A stretch of DNA of 64,000 nt. Origin: a virus (lineage: Duplodnaviria; Caudoviricetes). The position numbers were made by a program, and so were the translations under genes. The DNA lies in the IMG/VR virus record IMGVR_UViG_3300017967_004030, positions 264 through 64,263 of that record. The stretch is one strand, 5' to 3'. Position 1 is the first letter of the stretch. Each line of letters starts with the position of its first letter. The notes beneath the pieces were generated by a model. That model searched no databases. It had not been told where the DNA came from and saw nothing but the letters and a program-made list of their open reading frames with translations. Shown one piece after another: positions 39,801 to 49,700 of this stretch.

Positions 39801-42800
39801 CTTAAATAATCTTTATTCGGTTCCCATACATCGATTGTATCTGGAGGTAAAATTGTTTGATCAATGACAAAACCTTGAACATCATTAGATCTTCTATAAT
39901 AGTCAACTTTTCCATTTGCATCAGAATAAGATGATATAAACAAATTCTTATTATCACTACTTACTGCAATGCTATCAGAAAATCCTTGCATTTCATTTAA
40001 AAAACTATTTGTGTTAATAATTGTTTGATTTGCCTCATAAACACTATTATTTTCTATTACTTTCCAATCGTTGTTTTCAAAATTTTCAACCCAAAAACGT
40101 TGTCCTTGATAAACTTTTTGTTGTGCTAATGTATTTGCTGCTTCAATATCTTTTACTCTTACATTGCGTAGTATAGTTACTAAGAAATTTTCATTTGTAA
40201 AACTTGAAGGTTGATTGTCAGAAGAAGTTTTAATTGTAATTTTATCAAGATTTGTATTATCAACAATATAAAGTCCATTTAAGTCATATTCTTGAGCTCC
40301 TTTAACTCCTATAATATCACCTACTTTTATTATGTCTCCGGGCCATCTATCAATTTTTATTTGCCAAAGTTGATTTCCGTCTGTATCGGTAGTTTCTAAA
40401 TCAGTAAAATCTATTGCTTTTGCACCTGATTCTATATGTTGATAAACTGCCCAAGGATTTTCTCCTTGTTCAACTACCCAAATATAGGAACCTAAAATAA
40501 GCTGATTTACATCTCCTGTAGGCAATTCCGCATTATTTCCTGCTACAAATGCAACATCTTCCTCGTTAACAAAACCACCCGATTTTATAATCTCCGTATC
40601 TAGTATTTTTGTAGGGAACGGCTTGTGATCATAATCAGCTGGCTTATCATACATTTGAAATGGTAAAATTCTATAATGACGATCATAGTTTGTGTCTGGT
40701 AGAGACGTTACTAATTCTATAGCCTGAGGAGAATCAACAATTTTTTCTTCTTCAAAATTAATTTCTATTTGATTTTTATTATCAACGTTTCCGTATCTAC
40801 CTACTTGAATTGCCCATTCTTCGTAAAATTCTAATGTGTCTTGGCCCGAATTACCTAAAGAAGAAAATAATTTATCTAGTGCATTCTTTGTGCCTTTATC
40901 TTGGATAAATCCTTGATAGAATTTATATTGGCTTACATCATCTTGAATTATATTTGCAAGATATTGTCTTTTTTGGAATCCAGTAAGATGCTTAGCCATT
41001 TTTTGTAATTCACTATCAAATCCTGTTGTATCTAAATTATAAAAATCACTAAACTGATCAATTCTGTAGTCAAAATTTGTAATTAGTTCTGATTCTGGTT
41101 TTTTGCTTAATCTATACCAATCATTAGAATTAAATTTGTTAGTTCCAGGAATATTATTTGTAGCTACATAATAAAACTGTCTATATTTTACTATACTACC
41201 TATAGCGTAATCTTTCCAATTTGTCCAATCTGTAACTTTAGCATCATCATACACAAATCCTGGAATATTTAGGCCTCCGTTCCAATCAGCTGCACGATAT
41301 CCTGTGACTTTGATTCTTTCTTGTCTGTAACCTGTTGAAGGTTCGAACACCACATCATTGAACACAGTTTTGTTATCAATTACAACTACGTGTTCTTTAT
41401 GCACAAGAGGTAATGCAGCACTATACAATCCTTCGGTAGTGTCAATGGTTTCTATACCAAAACTATTTTTGTTTCTGAGTAAACTTGTAAATTCTGTAGA
41501 TAATGGCTCACCGTTAGCTTGCAAAATACTATAAGGATAAAATGCATCATTTATATTATCAACTACAAAATAATCTTGTTTAAAGTTAAAACTATTAGCA
41601 GCAGGTGATAATGTAATAACTGTTCCACTTGCCCATCCTTGTGTGGTCCAGAATAAAAATTCTTTACAAATTTGATCCCAGTTGTTAACTAATCCTTCGC
41701 CTTCTACATAATTAAACTCAAAACCTATATCTTGTAGTCTTTCACCATAGCCAAGAAGGAAATCTACTACATCTTGCGAGGTTGAAAGTGTTGTACCGTA
41801 TTGTAAGCTTAGAACTTCAGTTTTATCAAAATTACGTTTAAAACCAGCAGTTTTGCCGCCAACAGTTGGCAGTTCAGGTAACTTGACAAAATTTTGTAAA
41901 CTAAAACTTTCACCTGACGTATGATCTTTTAAAGCTCTATAAAAATTATTATTATATTCTACTACTGTATCTTTTACATAAAACTTTGCAGATTGCCAGT
42001 CTGTAGAAGATTCGGATATACCACCAACTGTTACATTTACTGATTTACTACCTATTCTTGGAGTATAATATTCAAAAAATGGATTCTCGTTATTATATCC
42101 TCTAATAGTAAATCCGTTAGCTCTTTTTTCTACAACAACTCCACTATAGGTTGCAATTTTTTGAGGAGAACTAGTATTGAAAATAATTTTATAATTTTCT
42201 TGAGGAATATATATTCCTCCTTCCTCTAATTGTTGTTGTGGACTACGGCTATCTAAAACTAAATTTAATTTTGAAGTATCACTAAAACTACCTAATTTAA
42301 AGCCTAATTGGTTTTGTATTGACTTTACTTCATTTTGATAATCTTCGTAGATTGTGAGTATATCATTTGCTACTAGATTATATATAAAGTTGATAAAACC
42401 AGCAGCCAAAACTCTTTGATTGTCAGCATATGTATTAGGAAATACAATACTGTCTGTTCTAATATGCTTATTGTTATTATATACATACTGTCCTGCAAGA
42501 TTTTTTGAAATTCTTGATACATCAAACCCTTTACTTAATGTATCCGAAGGTTTATTCAACAACATACTAGATATAACAGCAAATGGATAATCAGAACTTC
42601 TTCTCCACGCAGTTTCAACTGGGGCCTCGTCGCCAAAATTGAAATTGTTTGTGCTTTGTCTAAGTACAAAACCTTTTACATAACCGCTTTGTTGTGGCGG
42701 CTTTAATTTACCTTTTGAATCAACCGGAATGTGTGAAAGTATTCCAGGTCGGCTATATTGAGTTGTATATCTTGTATTTTCAGGATCAGCAATTTTTCCT

Positions 42801-45800
42801 GCTTCTATATCTCTCCATAAAATTAAATTATCACTTGTGTATGGGGCAGGACCGTATACTGTATCCCACCATTTTGGTTTACGTTTTATTCCTAGTATTT
42901 CCCAAGGCTGCGAATGTGGTTTATCTGTGCCAAACGCTCTTTTGTAGATTCCTCTCCAAAAACCAGGTAAAAGATTTCCGTTAGGATCTAATGCAGTTGA
43001 ATAGTTAAATGTGAAAGAGTTATTGCGATCATAAAAATAATTATCTGAATAATCAGCGTCAACTAATGTGAGCCATCTTTTAAAGTATTGCAGTAATGAA
43101 CTATTAATTTCTGCTCTAGAAAAAACGTTATTAGATTTATCATCACCTAAAAACTTATCAACATCTAATCCTGTATTTTCATAGTTTACTTTTATATTAT
43201 TAAAGATTCTTTTTTCTAATTCTAAAAGTAATTCATCTCTATAATCTAAGTATGCTCTAACATAACTTCCGTCGTGACCTCTAATAAATGGAATACCGGT
43301 TGGATAAGAATCTATTTCAACATTATCTTCGCCGCCGTGAACTCCTCCAGTATTTGGCATATAAAGAGTAACATTTAAACCTTTAAATTGGTGTTTGTGT
43401 ATTTCTCCTGTGCCACCATTTTCAATGTCTGCTGATTTAGCTGCTTGTTGTGTAGTAAACAAAGGATAGAACCATCCTCGCATTTTAGCGTTTTGGAATC
43501 CTTCAGAAACTTCGCCATAAACTTTATATTTTTTATCGTCTAACGCATTTTCTGTTTGGTAAGTGTCATCTAAAAGAAGTTCAGGATAGTATTTTGGATA
43601 CAATCCTAATTTTGTCGGCGTAGGAGCAATGTAAGAACCGTCAGTAGTTTCAAACTCGTATATTTCAATAATATCATCTTCAGTTTGTCCTGCTTCAATT
43701 ATTACATAACCGTCATTACTGAAACTGTAATCTAATTCTGCTGTAAGTTGAACTCCGTTCAAATATACATTAATAGCTTTTGCTGATAATTCGTCAAGGC
43801 TAAATGCGTTGCTTAGAGCATATTGACTTATTCTAGAATCTAATACTTTATATGCTAGTCTATTGTAAGGACCATAACCTAGCATATCTGAAAAGTAAAA
43901 CGGTTGAGACTTTACTTTATCTTTATTAATTTCTTGTAGAATTTTATCGACGTGCTGCTTTGTTTCTCCGTCATAACCTAAAGATTCAGATGTTTGTAAA
44001 AAAATTCTTTTAAATCTATTGTATTCAGTATTCGAATACCTGATAGCTTTTACTAAATTATAATTTTTATTTGTAATGTGATAAAGAGATAAGTTTAACG
44101 GACTAGAATGTTTAACAAATCTTTTTCCGTATTTGCTTACATTTCCTATATCTCTAATATTTCCTACTCCGGGAAACGTACCAATAAAATTAGGAATTTC
44201 CGGCACCATACTATCTACGTGATCAATTACTTCACCTAGAGTAAATTCACCTATGTCATCGTTCATAGGATTTCTATCTAAATTTATAGGAACTTCATAA
44301 TATCCTAAATTATTTTTTATAGCACTACTATAGGCTTTAATAATTATTGAATCATTAATAGATAGATCTGTATTAAATCTAATTAATGCTTCTTTGTTGA
44401 TACGGTTAATTACATAGTCTGTATTTTTAATTTTTAACTTATTATTAACGTATACAATTACTTTTAAATCATTTAAGTCACCGGCATCTTTAAAAACTCT
44501 GACAGGAAAATCGTTTGTTTTTTCTAAACTAACGACCCTTTGATCTATTACATACTGCTTGCTATATTGTGGTGTATTAGACCAGCCATTTACATAATTA
44601 AACGTAGTTCTATCTTTATATTTTCTTAAAAACGCAGTATCTGTGTTAACAGTTACAATTTGATCATTGTTTTGTACTGTAAACTTGTCAGTTTGTAAAT
44701 TAAAATCAAATAATATATCACCAGAATTTTCTATAGATCGATACGATAAAGCAAATCCTAATTCTGAATCGATAAATCCATCTTCGTTTTCTTTGTAAGA
44801 AAATATTTTTGTACCTTTAAAAGTAGATGAATTAAATACATCCAAATCTCCGTAAGGATTGCCTTGTGGACAACATAAATCAAACATAGGAGGTTGGTTT
44901 ACTTTATTTTTTTCTTGTGCTACTTTCCAAACGCTGTTTTCATAAAAATACGTTTTACCACTATTTTTGGTTCCATTTTTAACAAATACAGTTTCTAAAT
45001 CTAAAGGTTGGCTATCTTCAGCTTCTACTAAAGATATTTGTCTTTGATTGTTAATTGTTAGAAATTTTACAATAAAAATTTTACCGTTAACTAATAAATC
45101 TGTATCAGCAGTAAAAAGTATTCTCATTCCTTCTGCTAGATTTACACCATCTATATTATATCCTAGCTGACCTTCGATTGTAGAGAAAACGTCAGTTGTA
45201 AATGTATCAACTAAGTCAACGTCTGATTTAGCAAAAACTCCGTAATTATAAAGTTTCAATCCGGCTTCAAATTCTAAAATTGGCCTGCGAGCCCTAAAAT
45301 CTTCATTTAGATTGATAGGAATATTATTAAATTTATAACTTTGTTCTATTACATCTCTATGAAACCATTTATTATATCTAGACCAAGCATTTTTATCTTT
45401 ACTTGCTCTGTTTATGATAATATAATCTTTATCTGTGGCATATGCACTTGCGTTTGAAAAAGGCAATGCATCAAACTGGTCGGAATCAAAAGGTATAAGA
45501 ATATCTTGCGTATATCCGGAGGGTATTATAACATCCTTTTCGTTAATTAAAGTTATCTTGTCTCCTACACCTTCAACATACCATTGATCTTGTTCATATA
45601 TTTTTGGTGTAATATTTCCTTGGAATCTAATTTTCATTCCATTAGAAAGAGTTACGCCGTTAGAACTTGTATAAGTTTTTTTACCTAATATTTCATTTTG
45701 TACATCTAGTGAAGTATTTTCTTCTATATCGTAAATTCTAAAAACACCACTTGTGTCAATATCATTTTGTGAAATATAATATAATCTATCTGGGGCATTA

Positions 45801-46735
45801 AACGGAATAGTAAATTCTATTGTTCCGTTAGAAATATATACAACTGCAACTTCTTCGCCGTCTTCTCCTAGTTTTCTAATACCATCAGGATAAAGAGTAG
45901 AAACATTATCTCCTTCAGTAAATGTAACATTTCCACTTTCAGGTAATACAATAAATTCTCCTACATCATAACTTAAATTATTTGCGTCATATAGATTTGC
46001 ATCAAACAATCCAGAATCTCTAATACCTTCTGTACCAGCAGTAAGTATTGCTGTGCCAGGAGTAAATGTTCTGCTTATAGCTATAGCCATAGGATGATCA
46101 GGTGTATTAATTTCAAATCTGTAAGTCTGACCTCTATACAATTTTATAGACGGGTTACGTACAAATCCGTCATTAAATACGTAAGCAACATTATCACCCT
46201 GATCTTCTGTTGTAACCGTATATGTACTAACAATATCTTGACTTTGTCCTCTTACAGGAATAGATAATGGTCCGTTAGGCATCCAATAGTATTCACGGAA
46301 ATTTGCAAATTTATCCCAATCTATGCCTGGATTCCAAGTGTAATATTCAGAACTGTTTAATCTACTATGATTTTTTGTATTTCCGCCAAAGTAATTCAAT
46401 GTACCAAGATAATCGTTATAATCTTTATAGAAAGTAATGTTTTCTAGATTATCTTTTATAATAGTTGCAGGTTCTAATTGATAAGCTTCTCTTTCTGGAG
46501 TGATATCACCTAAATAATTGTCAGAATATTTGTAAGATTTAGCAGTTTTTCTTCCTACATAATCATTAATTTTTTCAGCAACACCGGGTTGGATAAGCTG
46601 ATCTATTGTTCCTTGTAAAAATTTTCTATTTGCTTCAGAGCGGAAAAATTTAGGTAAAAAGTCACTTGCTGTTCGATTTTTATTTGTATCGTCTGGCAAT
46701 GAACTTTCGTTATTGTAGTTATCATTATAGGACAT
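30800..46735 (-). CDS. Giant (5311 aa) baseplate wedge-associated structural protein, gp7-like by position
   Basis: Directly follows gp6. Contains KGTKNALDKL wedge-like motif, aromatic CBM-like repeats, propeller-like FG..(I/V).(I/V)S repeats, (N/D)PG.GY...P repeats and GDG.T..F repeats. Confidence 0.7.
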   Translation of the reverse strand: MSYNDNYNNESSLPDDTNKNRTASDFLPKFFRSEANRKFLQGTIDQLIQPGVAEKINDYVGRKTAKSYKYSDNYLGDITPEREAYQLEPATIIKDNLENITFYKDYNDYLGTLNYFGGNTKNHSRLNSSEYYTWNPGIDWDKFANFREYYWMPNGPLSIPVRGQSQDIVSTYTVTTEDQGDNVAYVFNDGFVRNPSIKLYRGQTYRFEINTPDHPMAIAISRTFTPGTAILTAGTEGIRDSGLFDANLYDANNLSYDVGEFIVLPESGNVTFTEGDNVSTLYPDGIRKLGEDGEEVAVVYISNGTIEFTIPFNAPDRLYYISQNDIDTSGVFRIYDIEENTSLDVQNEILGKKTYTSSNGVTLSNGMKIRFQGNITPKIYEQDQWYVEGVGDKITLINEKDVIIPSGYTQDILIPFDSDQFDALPFSNASAYATDKDYIIINRASKDKNAWSRYNKWFHRDVIEQSYKFNNIPINLNEDFRARRPILEFEAGLKLYNYGVFAKSDVDLVDTFTTDVFSTIEGQLGYNIDGVNLAEGMRILFTADTDLLVNGKIFIVKFLTINNQRQISLVEAEDSQPLDLETVFVKNGTKNSGKTYFYENSVWKVAQEKNKVNQPPMFDLCCPQGNPYGDLDVFNSSTFKGTKIFSYKENEDGFIDSELGFALSYRSIENSGDILFDFNLQTDKFTVQNNDQIVTVNTDTAFLRKYKDRTTFNYVNGWSNTPQYSKQYVIDQRVVSLEKTNDFPVRVFKDAGDLNDLKVIVYVNNKLKIKNTDYVINRINKEALIRFNTDLSINDSIIIKAYSSAIKNNLGYYEVPINLDRNPMNDDIGEFTLGEVIDHVDSMVPEIPNFIGTFPGVGNIRDIGNVSKYGKRFVKHSSPLNLSLYHITNKNYNLVKAIRYSNTEYNRFKRIFLQTSESLGYDGETKQHVDKILQEINKDKVKSQPFYFSDMLGYGPYNRLAYKVLDSRISQYALSNAFSLDELSAKAINVYLNGVQLTAELDYSFSNDGYVIIEAGQTEDDIIEIYEFETTDGSYIAPTPTKLGLYPKYYPELLLDDTYQTENALDDKKYKVYGEVSEGFQNAKMRGWFYPLFTTQQAAKSADIENGGTGEIHKHQFKGLNVTLYMPNTGGVHGGEDNVEIDSYPTGIPFIRGHDGSYVRAYLDYRDELLLELEKRIFNNIKVNYENTGLDVDKFLGDDKSNNVFSRAEINSSLLQYFKRWLTLVDADYSDNYFYDRNNSFTFNYSTALDPNGNLLPGFWRGIYKRAFGTDKPHSQPWEILGIKRKPKWWDTVYGPAPYTSDNLILWRDIEAGKIADPENTRYTTQYSRPGILSHIPVDSKGKLKPPQQSGYVKGFVLRQSTNNFNFGDEAPVETAWRRSSDYPFAVISSMLLNKPSDTLSKGFDVSRISKNLAGQYVYNNNKHIRTDSIVFPNTYADNQRVLAAGFINFIYNLVANDILTIYEDYQNEVKSIQNQLGFKLGSFSDTSKLNLVLDSRSPQQQLEEGGIYIPQENYKIIFNTSSPQKIATYSGVVVEKRANGFTIRGYNNENPFFEYYTPRIGSKSVNVTVGGISESSTDWQSAKFYVKDTVVEYNNNFYRALKDHTSGESFSLQNFVKLPELPTVGGKTAGFKRNFDKTEVLSLQYGTTLSTSQDVVDFLLGYGERLQDIGFEFNYVEGEGLVNNWDQICKEFLFWTTQGWASGTVITLSPAANSFNFKQDYFVVDNINDAFYPYSILQANGEPLSTEFTSLLRNKNSFGIETIDTTEGLYSAALPLVHKEHVVVIDNKTVFNDVVFEPSTGYRQERIKVTGYRAADWNGGLNIPGFVYDDAKVTDWTNWKDYAIGSIVKYRQFYYVATNNIPGTNKFNSNDWYRLSKKPESELITNFDYRIDQFSDFYNLDTTGFDSELQKMAKHLTGFQKRQYLANIIQDDVSQYKFYQGFIQDKGTKNALDKLFSSLGNSGQDTLEFYEEWAIQVGRYGNVDNKNQIEINFEEEKIVDSPQAIELVTSLPDTNYDRHYRILPFQMYDKPADYDHKPFPTKILDTEIIKSGGFVNEEDVAFVAGNNAELPTGDVNQLILGSYIWVVEQGENPWAVYQHIESGAKAIDFTDLETTDTDGNQLWQIKIDRWPGDIIKVGDIIGVKGAQEYDLNGLYIVDNTNLDKITIKTSSDNQPSSFTNENFLVTILRNVRVKDIEAANTLAQQKVYQGQRFWVENFENNDWKVIENNSVYEANQTIINTNSFLNEMQGFSDSIAVSSDNKNLFISSYSDANGKVDYYRRSNDVQGFVIDQTILPPDTIDVWEPNKDYLRNNVIVYDVDSTRTYWKAIDNHTSGTFFSDTEASTYWEQITNAFAYFDPYNSQFGKSIDVSADGEFLAVGSPNASYVPTRFLGEFDSTRTYIKGDIVRYRESLWKANREILPKIEDQPFTTFDSYINITEQQDADSTTLTLLVAGNPGLENSVVDHFLVRAPADMYNGTQVGDGVSLSWNSRSYAFPTLDRYFPFDEEISELSAAYISQEHIIQQKIDNIFFLETFVTLPNVGDRIETDTGSGIVYYRATLGDSAVIYITDANGVFPITGEMFTDNKDFVGFYTEENTYSTTDSVGGYWLFKTYDIGQDPVPTHVVPNFSGDTFTYSNNSRYYDVGRGLVYSDVRRISEIQENHPINAYSNIQDTVGTIGPYLNRKNQASFITHLSFNGDNGGVNSPYPSNKFVVRLSKTYSDLLYPRFLSEGPNNLSIEMKYYDNPDYDISSTGLQVSDLTKTHSINDMWDGFIEFDFTEFDFQGNVFEPEIGDILVDVQTPRDGQGGLAVTSSTTSAAEVVYYQRNFNRIRVYVKLRTDIASGNWSQLTNIGRFQVKRLSNPTLRGAGDPDQVIGTILDINDDIALGTSLIGKLLVIEADSTFPAVDNWDDIIPIVDQEYYFYNEDTLTGIDREQNAPYSLNKDYTQIYNIPADRTGTGGFENQGAVTIYRRDVSGLYQLQIVLTSEYAGKDKQFGSNVKITKKNNLYKLLISNEPTGDARNDPYEWRKNPGAIEIYNHGVFEDQTFKGDYLLGVEYLTGDVVLYKDDYFAARKTISSSSNEINNSIFWNKISWRRSKDSNYRGAFNNLYSYAEGNIVLQDGLFWKALTNISAGAVSPNSLNSSWQQQIATIDYLGYLPNLSGFNYLAEQVFDPDENIEQFADSFEVSEDGETLIVKSRQVLSDSSYEVSLVVYNLENKKYTLKQIIKAPASGQTLQDNDNDRWLKDANNSNIPAVYQDTNPAGLHYTTNQDVVGTRVPNPNATPEVYIDSNKWADSISLSPDGSALAVSVPYIDTEKEEQGEVWIYNFDYDNSYYGIVNNDVTNPTFVLRSPNNEEVEKFGSTISFGKDNLVISSLNGDMNIPTRFDTFVNTISDDSYILDSDTDARTPTTFDIGYTTFANKKVDRGTVYIFEKLGNGFIYSEQLIYPSVQFEFGKNLKAKNNHIYVGVPNAINPLGDERGYVIDYRKPKNKLAWTNKRSSQVPVDIDKIDGAFLYNKRTNEIISYIDYIDPIQGKIAGTVDQEITYKLNLDPARYNVGPLADSDVDPKVAWTDKNVGQVWWNITNARFSYAYQGTTTFQKNEWNRLLPGSTIDIYEWVESDYLPSQWNQLADTDNGIKLGISGTAIYGDAKYSAKLSYNEVSKTFSTKYYFWVENKQTVPRVENRNINLLTMVGLIARPRQSGYRFLSLIGNNKLILNNFDKLITSDDLVLNIRYKKETGKSQNEHKQYQIISDKLPTSKPNSDIERKWIDSLIGVDTQLRRVPDITIPVAKRIGIQNRPRQGMFVNRVEALKQTIERINYVCSKNLIVDEKNLSRLFENEIKPTTISNRFDVEIDTYEELAFVSTNKLTPAVLTPVVVNGKILRIIITNPGRGYKVPPSYDIEGEGSGAAFDITINNLGQITDVTVTAQGSGYKENTIINTRKFSVLINSDNTAFNKWTIYDWNNTLNKWTRTAIQSYDVSVYWDYIDWYDEGYNQFTNVKYSVDNSYELPSINDSIGDIVKINNVGSGGWLLLQKVSNEQTEDYTINYSTVGRQNGTIEFKSSLYDFIKNSIGYDNTSFDSSFYDTNPVKELRIIFDTIRDYIFTTNLEIEYNQLFFASLRYILSEQARVDWMFKTSFISAKHKLGTLEQSPTFKYSNLEDYESYVKEVKPYSTNIREFVDNYENLDNTNSVTTDFDNAPYFNDEIGRISSSNASITQDIIIGDESNTAQYPRKHWRDNLGYQIKEINVAEPGTGYTWTPVVNISGGGGSGAKAKAVLGYGKITKIIVTDPGNGYTSLPTVTIEGSQQENSIQAKAVAVLGNGKVRSPHIRVKFDRLSGTYTYDTIQKTASFTGTNINTVFTLPFPMDLENTKVKVYINKVEQLRSKYTYENVVDNSKGFAVEKGRINFTTPPATDDLIYIEYQIPLSMLGAEDRILHSYNPLSDMYGKDLSQLMTGIDYGGVEVRSYEFAGVSGWDSKGWYTDYWDEFDDTFEDEIFVADQSTVAVQLSSPLESGVEYNVYRRKYSSVLPNPNPFVRIDDPNFGTITPVTNKDAEMQTLTGDGVTDIIDLAELSVELLDGDTLIVRKTTSDGSVLPDTNSYDTQLSGGDLSYNNATGINAEDIITDGDGFISEAAMAGPEELVPGQIYDTLDLKVFTREGSGQGKIFVQNYRVNEDISEYDLGVTPGTIDSVFVKVNNFILRRGIDYSINWNSNTVILNSIFTELPNYVNGASLSIVSIAQAGQSILDFYNYKGDGQTRDFETNVRLQENISVYASINGVKQDVTFGEDSTDSNLIISFDNAPNLNDAVYIALFAGDSVVNYSQLKKDQFTGDGLTTDFQLSSAPFYSKPSQYNLIVKVGNLILTPGYNIQYTIPENRQREFALEVFQQPSGSLLTSDIVVYINGERITVESLQWRFDIANSSVVLADDVGQPGDVLEIFVITDGDYTLSAEDTVRIYNPPADSTTIEIYQFSNHDILEIERINYDVVSRITMAPGTTNYIDYNRLSVGEISLRKPAIDGKYVWVIQNGTLLTNDVDYYINDNKDKVILSQYPSEDDVLDIIHFTAETSVSKFAFRQFKDILNRTHFKRLDAPATVLTEPLTYYDLRIEVQDGSLLSEPNKGQNLPGILFINGERIEYFVKEGNTLRQLRRGTLGTGIKEIHEVNSKVYDQNISKTIPYRDETIVQTFIGDGQTQTFKLNTPTASVNEIEVFVGGKRLDKNDITKYLPVFEQTSPEGDFNLPSDIQLDTVSQNIYLKTPPLEGVKITVIRRKGKIWNEGTKTLGESENSIGRFLRAGTSELPE

Positions 46736-49700
46736 TAGTAACTAGTTCCTCCGCTATTATTACTAGTAGTGTTTGTTGTACTTGTTAAACCGCCGGAATT
46801 TGTTGTAGTGCTAGAACTACTAGAACTTGCTATGTCAGTTGTTGTGCTTGTAGAAACACTTGTTACAACTTTTCCGCTTGCTTTTATTTCCGTTGCTGTT
46901 ATTTCATCAATAATTTCTATGTCAGAAACCTTTGCAGCACTTATAAAAATTTCGTCAAATTCTGATTTTATTTCAAATAAACTACCAAAACTTTGATCAG
47001 CTTTTTTAGGTACAATTATAATACTTTGTAGTTTTGGACTAAGAGTATTCATAATGTAAGCACTAAGCTCTTGGAAATAAAATGTTTCGCCGAAATCCCA
47101 ATTTTCTAATTCAAAGAAAGTGTCAATAGCAGAAATAATATCGGCCTTTAGTTCATTTTCGTTTACAACTAAGTCTTTATTTCTAACAATTTTGAAATTT
47201 ACTTGCAAGTCTTCTTTCGCCTTACTTCCAAACAATACTTTATACTTAACTGGATGATAGACAACTTCGTCGCTTATTGATTTTATTGCATTTATTTCTG
47301 ATCCGTATGATCTTGTTAAAATATCGTTGCTAGGTGGTAAGGGCATTAATGATAATGCTCCGCTGATATACTTCCTTACATCTATATCATAATTTTTTGT
47401 AAGGATATATGTATCAATAATATTACTTGCACTTGGATCAATTCTATAAGAACTATCAGCAACGTGAATATAATGGAATTTTAAGTTTGATCGTCCAACA
47501 TATGCTTTATAATCTGTATTAATTGTTAAATTACTAGCTGTTTTATCAAGTTGTTTGAAAACTTTTTCTTCTACAAGGTAAAAAACTTGTCTATCTTTAT
47601 GAGTAGAATATGATCCAATTGCATTCTCATTTGTAACTATTTTTATTTCGCTAGAGGTATTATTAAAAAATTTAAAATCTTCTACGCCATCAGTAGTAGT
47701 GTATTTTTTTTGAAAAACTGTTTTATTAGCTACAGTAATATCACTATTATTTTCGTCTACTATTTCATAAAAAAGATCAAGATTATCAACTGCTCCGTCA
47801 TCATCTAAGTCAAAAAACTGAATTTGTATTTTTCTTGAATCTACATAACCTTCTTTGTCTCTATATGCATCGCTAATACTCCAAACATAATCTTGGCTAT
47901 AAGAAGATGTTCCGCCTGCTTGTTTGTTAATACTTAAAACTTTGATTTGGTCTCTTACAATTTTTCCTGTTTTAGGATCATATATTTTATCAGCATTATC
48001 AAAGAAAAATCTAATCTCATTTTCACTTTCAAAAATGTATCTTTGATTTCTATTTTTTACAGTATACTTTTCTCCATCAGTTTTAAAATATAATAACCAG
48101 CTCGAATCTAAATTTTCTCCAGTAGCGTCACCGGCTTTACCTAAAGCAAAATTATTAATAGTATTGATATTTTCATTTAATACTATTTTCCAATCTCTTT
48201 CTTCAATATCATATCTTAATGCAAAATCTTTGTAAGCAAATGCTTGATCAATAATTTGTACTTTAGTATCATTATTAAGTATCTTACTAAATTTTGCAAC
48301 TATTTCTACTAATATACTATCTTCATTTATTACGTCTGTTAATACAATGTCTCCAATGTTATTAAGCACTCCGTCGCCTTCATTTGCAACTGAAAAGACT
48401 TTAGTCCATCTAATCATAGAAGCACCAAATTCTTCTGCATTTGTAGTTAATGAGCCATTAGGTAAAAAATATTGTTGCGTACCATTTAGCTTAGGTGCTT
48501 GGAATTTTAACATTGATCCTGCTTCTACAAATCTTAAATTATTTGATGTAAAAGTTCCTGTTTTAAACTTCGACTGGCTATCGGCACCGGAAGACAACGT
48601 GCCTGTATTTTGGTCTGTTGCTTGATAGCTATTTTTCCAAACAGCATTTAGATCTAATGTAGATATTCTAGGATACTCGCTGTAATAAAAATTACGTAAA
48701 TTTGTAGATTGTATAATACCTTCTATAGTATTATAAATTACTCCCTCAATATCACTTTGTGTTACAAATGTAAATGTAGATGTTGAATCAAAAAACTCTT
48801 TATAAATTACACCATCGTCTGCAAATAAACTTGTATTTGAATATTTTCCGCTTGCGTCTATTAAATCAAAATATCTACTGATACCACTTGATATTCTGTT
48901 CACTGATTTTGTCTTAATGATATCTTGACTTATAGCTAAAGGTCCTATGTTATAATCTTCAGCCGTTATAAGTCTGTTTTGTGTATAATAAGTTGCAGGT
49001 GCATTTTGTTTTATACTTGTATTTGTTTCTGTAGTTGTACTATTAGATACTGTATAATTTAATCTAAATCCTAAAGTTAGTGTTTCAAGATTTCCGTTTC
49101 TACCTTGATAAGGGATTTCGATATTTACATTGCCTATGCTTGCAGGTGTTACTACCATATTTGTGTTTGCACTTGTTCTATAAAACACTTTAAAGTTACC
49201 TGAAGGTAAGTTTCCAAATACTCCGTCACTGAATACTAAGTTTACTCTATCGCCTATTCTAGTTGTGACTGCAAATACATTTCTTATACCTTCAAACAAG
49301 CTGTTGTATATAACATTATTACCTTCTACACTAGATAATTTTGTCCAAGAAGTTGTTTCAAAGCCATTTGAATCTGTATTGTATAACCATATATCATCAT
49401 TGTTAATATTTTCTGCATCTATAGCAATAATTTGATTAGGAATAGGATTTGAAATTGAAAAATTACCAGTATCTAATTTGCCCTGACGGAAATGCATAAA
49501 GAATCCTGTGTTCACACTTGCAGCGCCTTGTCCATCATCTCTAAATAAAAATGCAGGACTAGTTCCTGGAACAGGCGGCTCTTCTATTATAACATCACCT
49601 TGTATATCAGTGCTAACTATTTCAAAAACAGTGCTAATACCTTCTATATTTTTTGAAAATGGAAATATTGCACTTGTAGTATTTGTAGCATTGAATCTGT

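Noticed and set aside
30800-46735. Intein or intron inflating the 5311-aa ORF
   Set aside because: I saw no intein splice motifs or LAGLIDADG/HNH block. Structural repeats explain the length.
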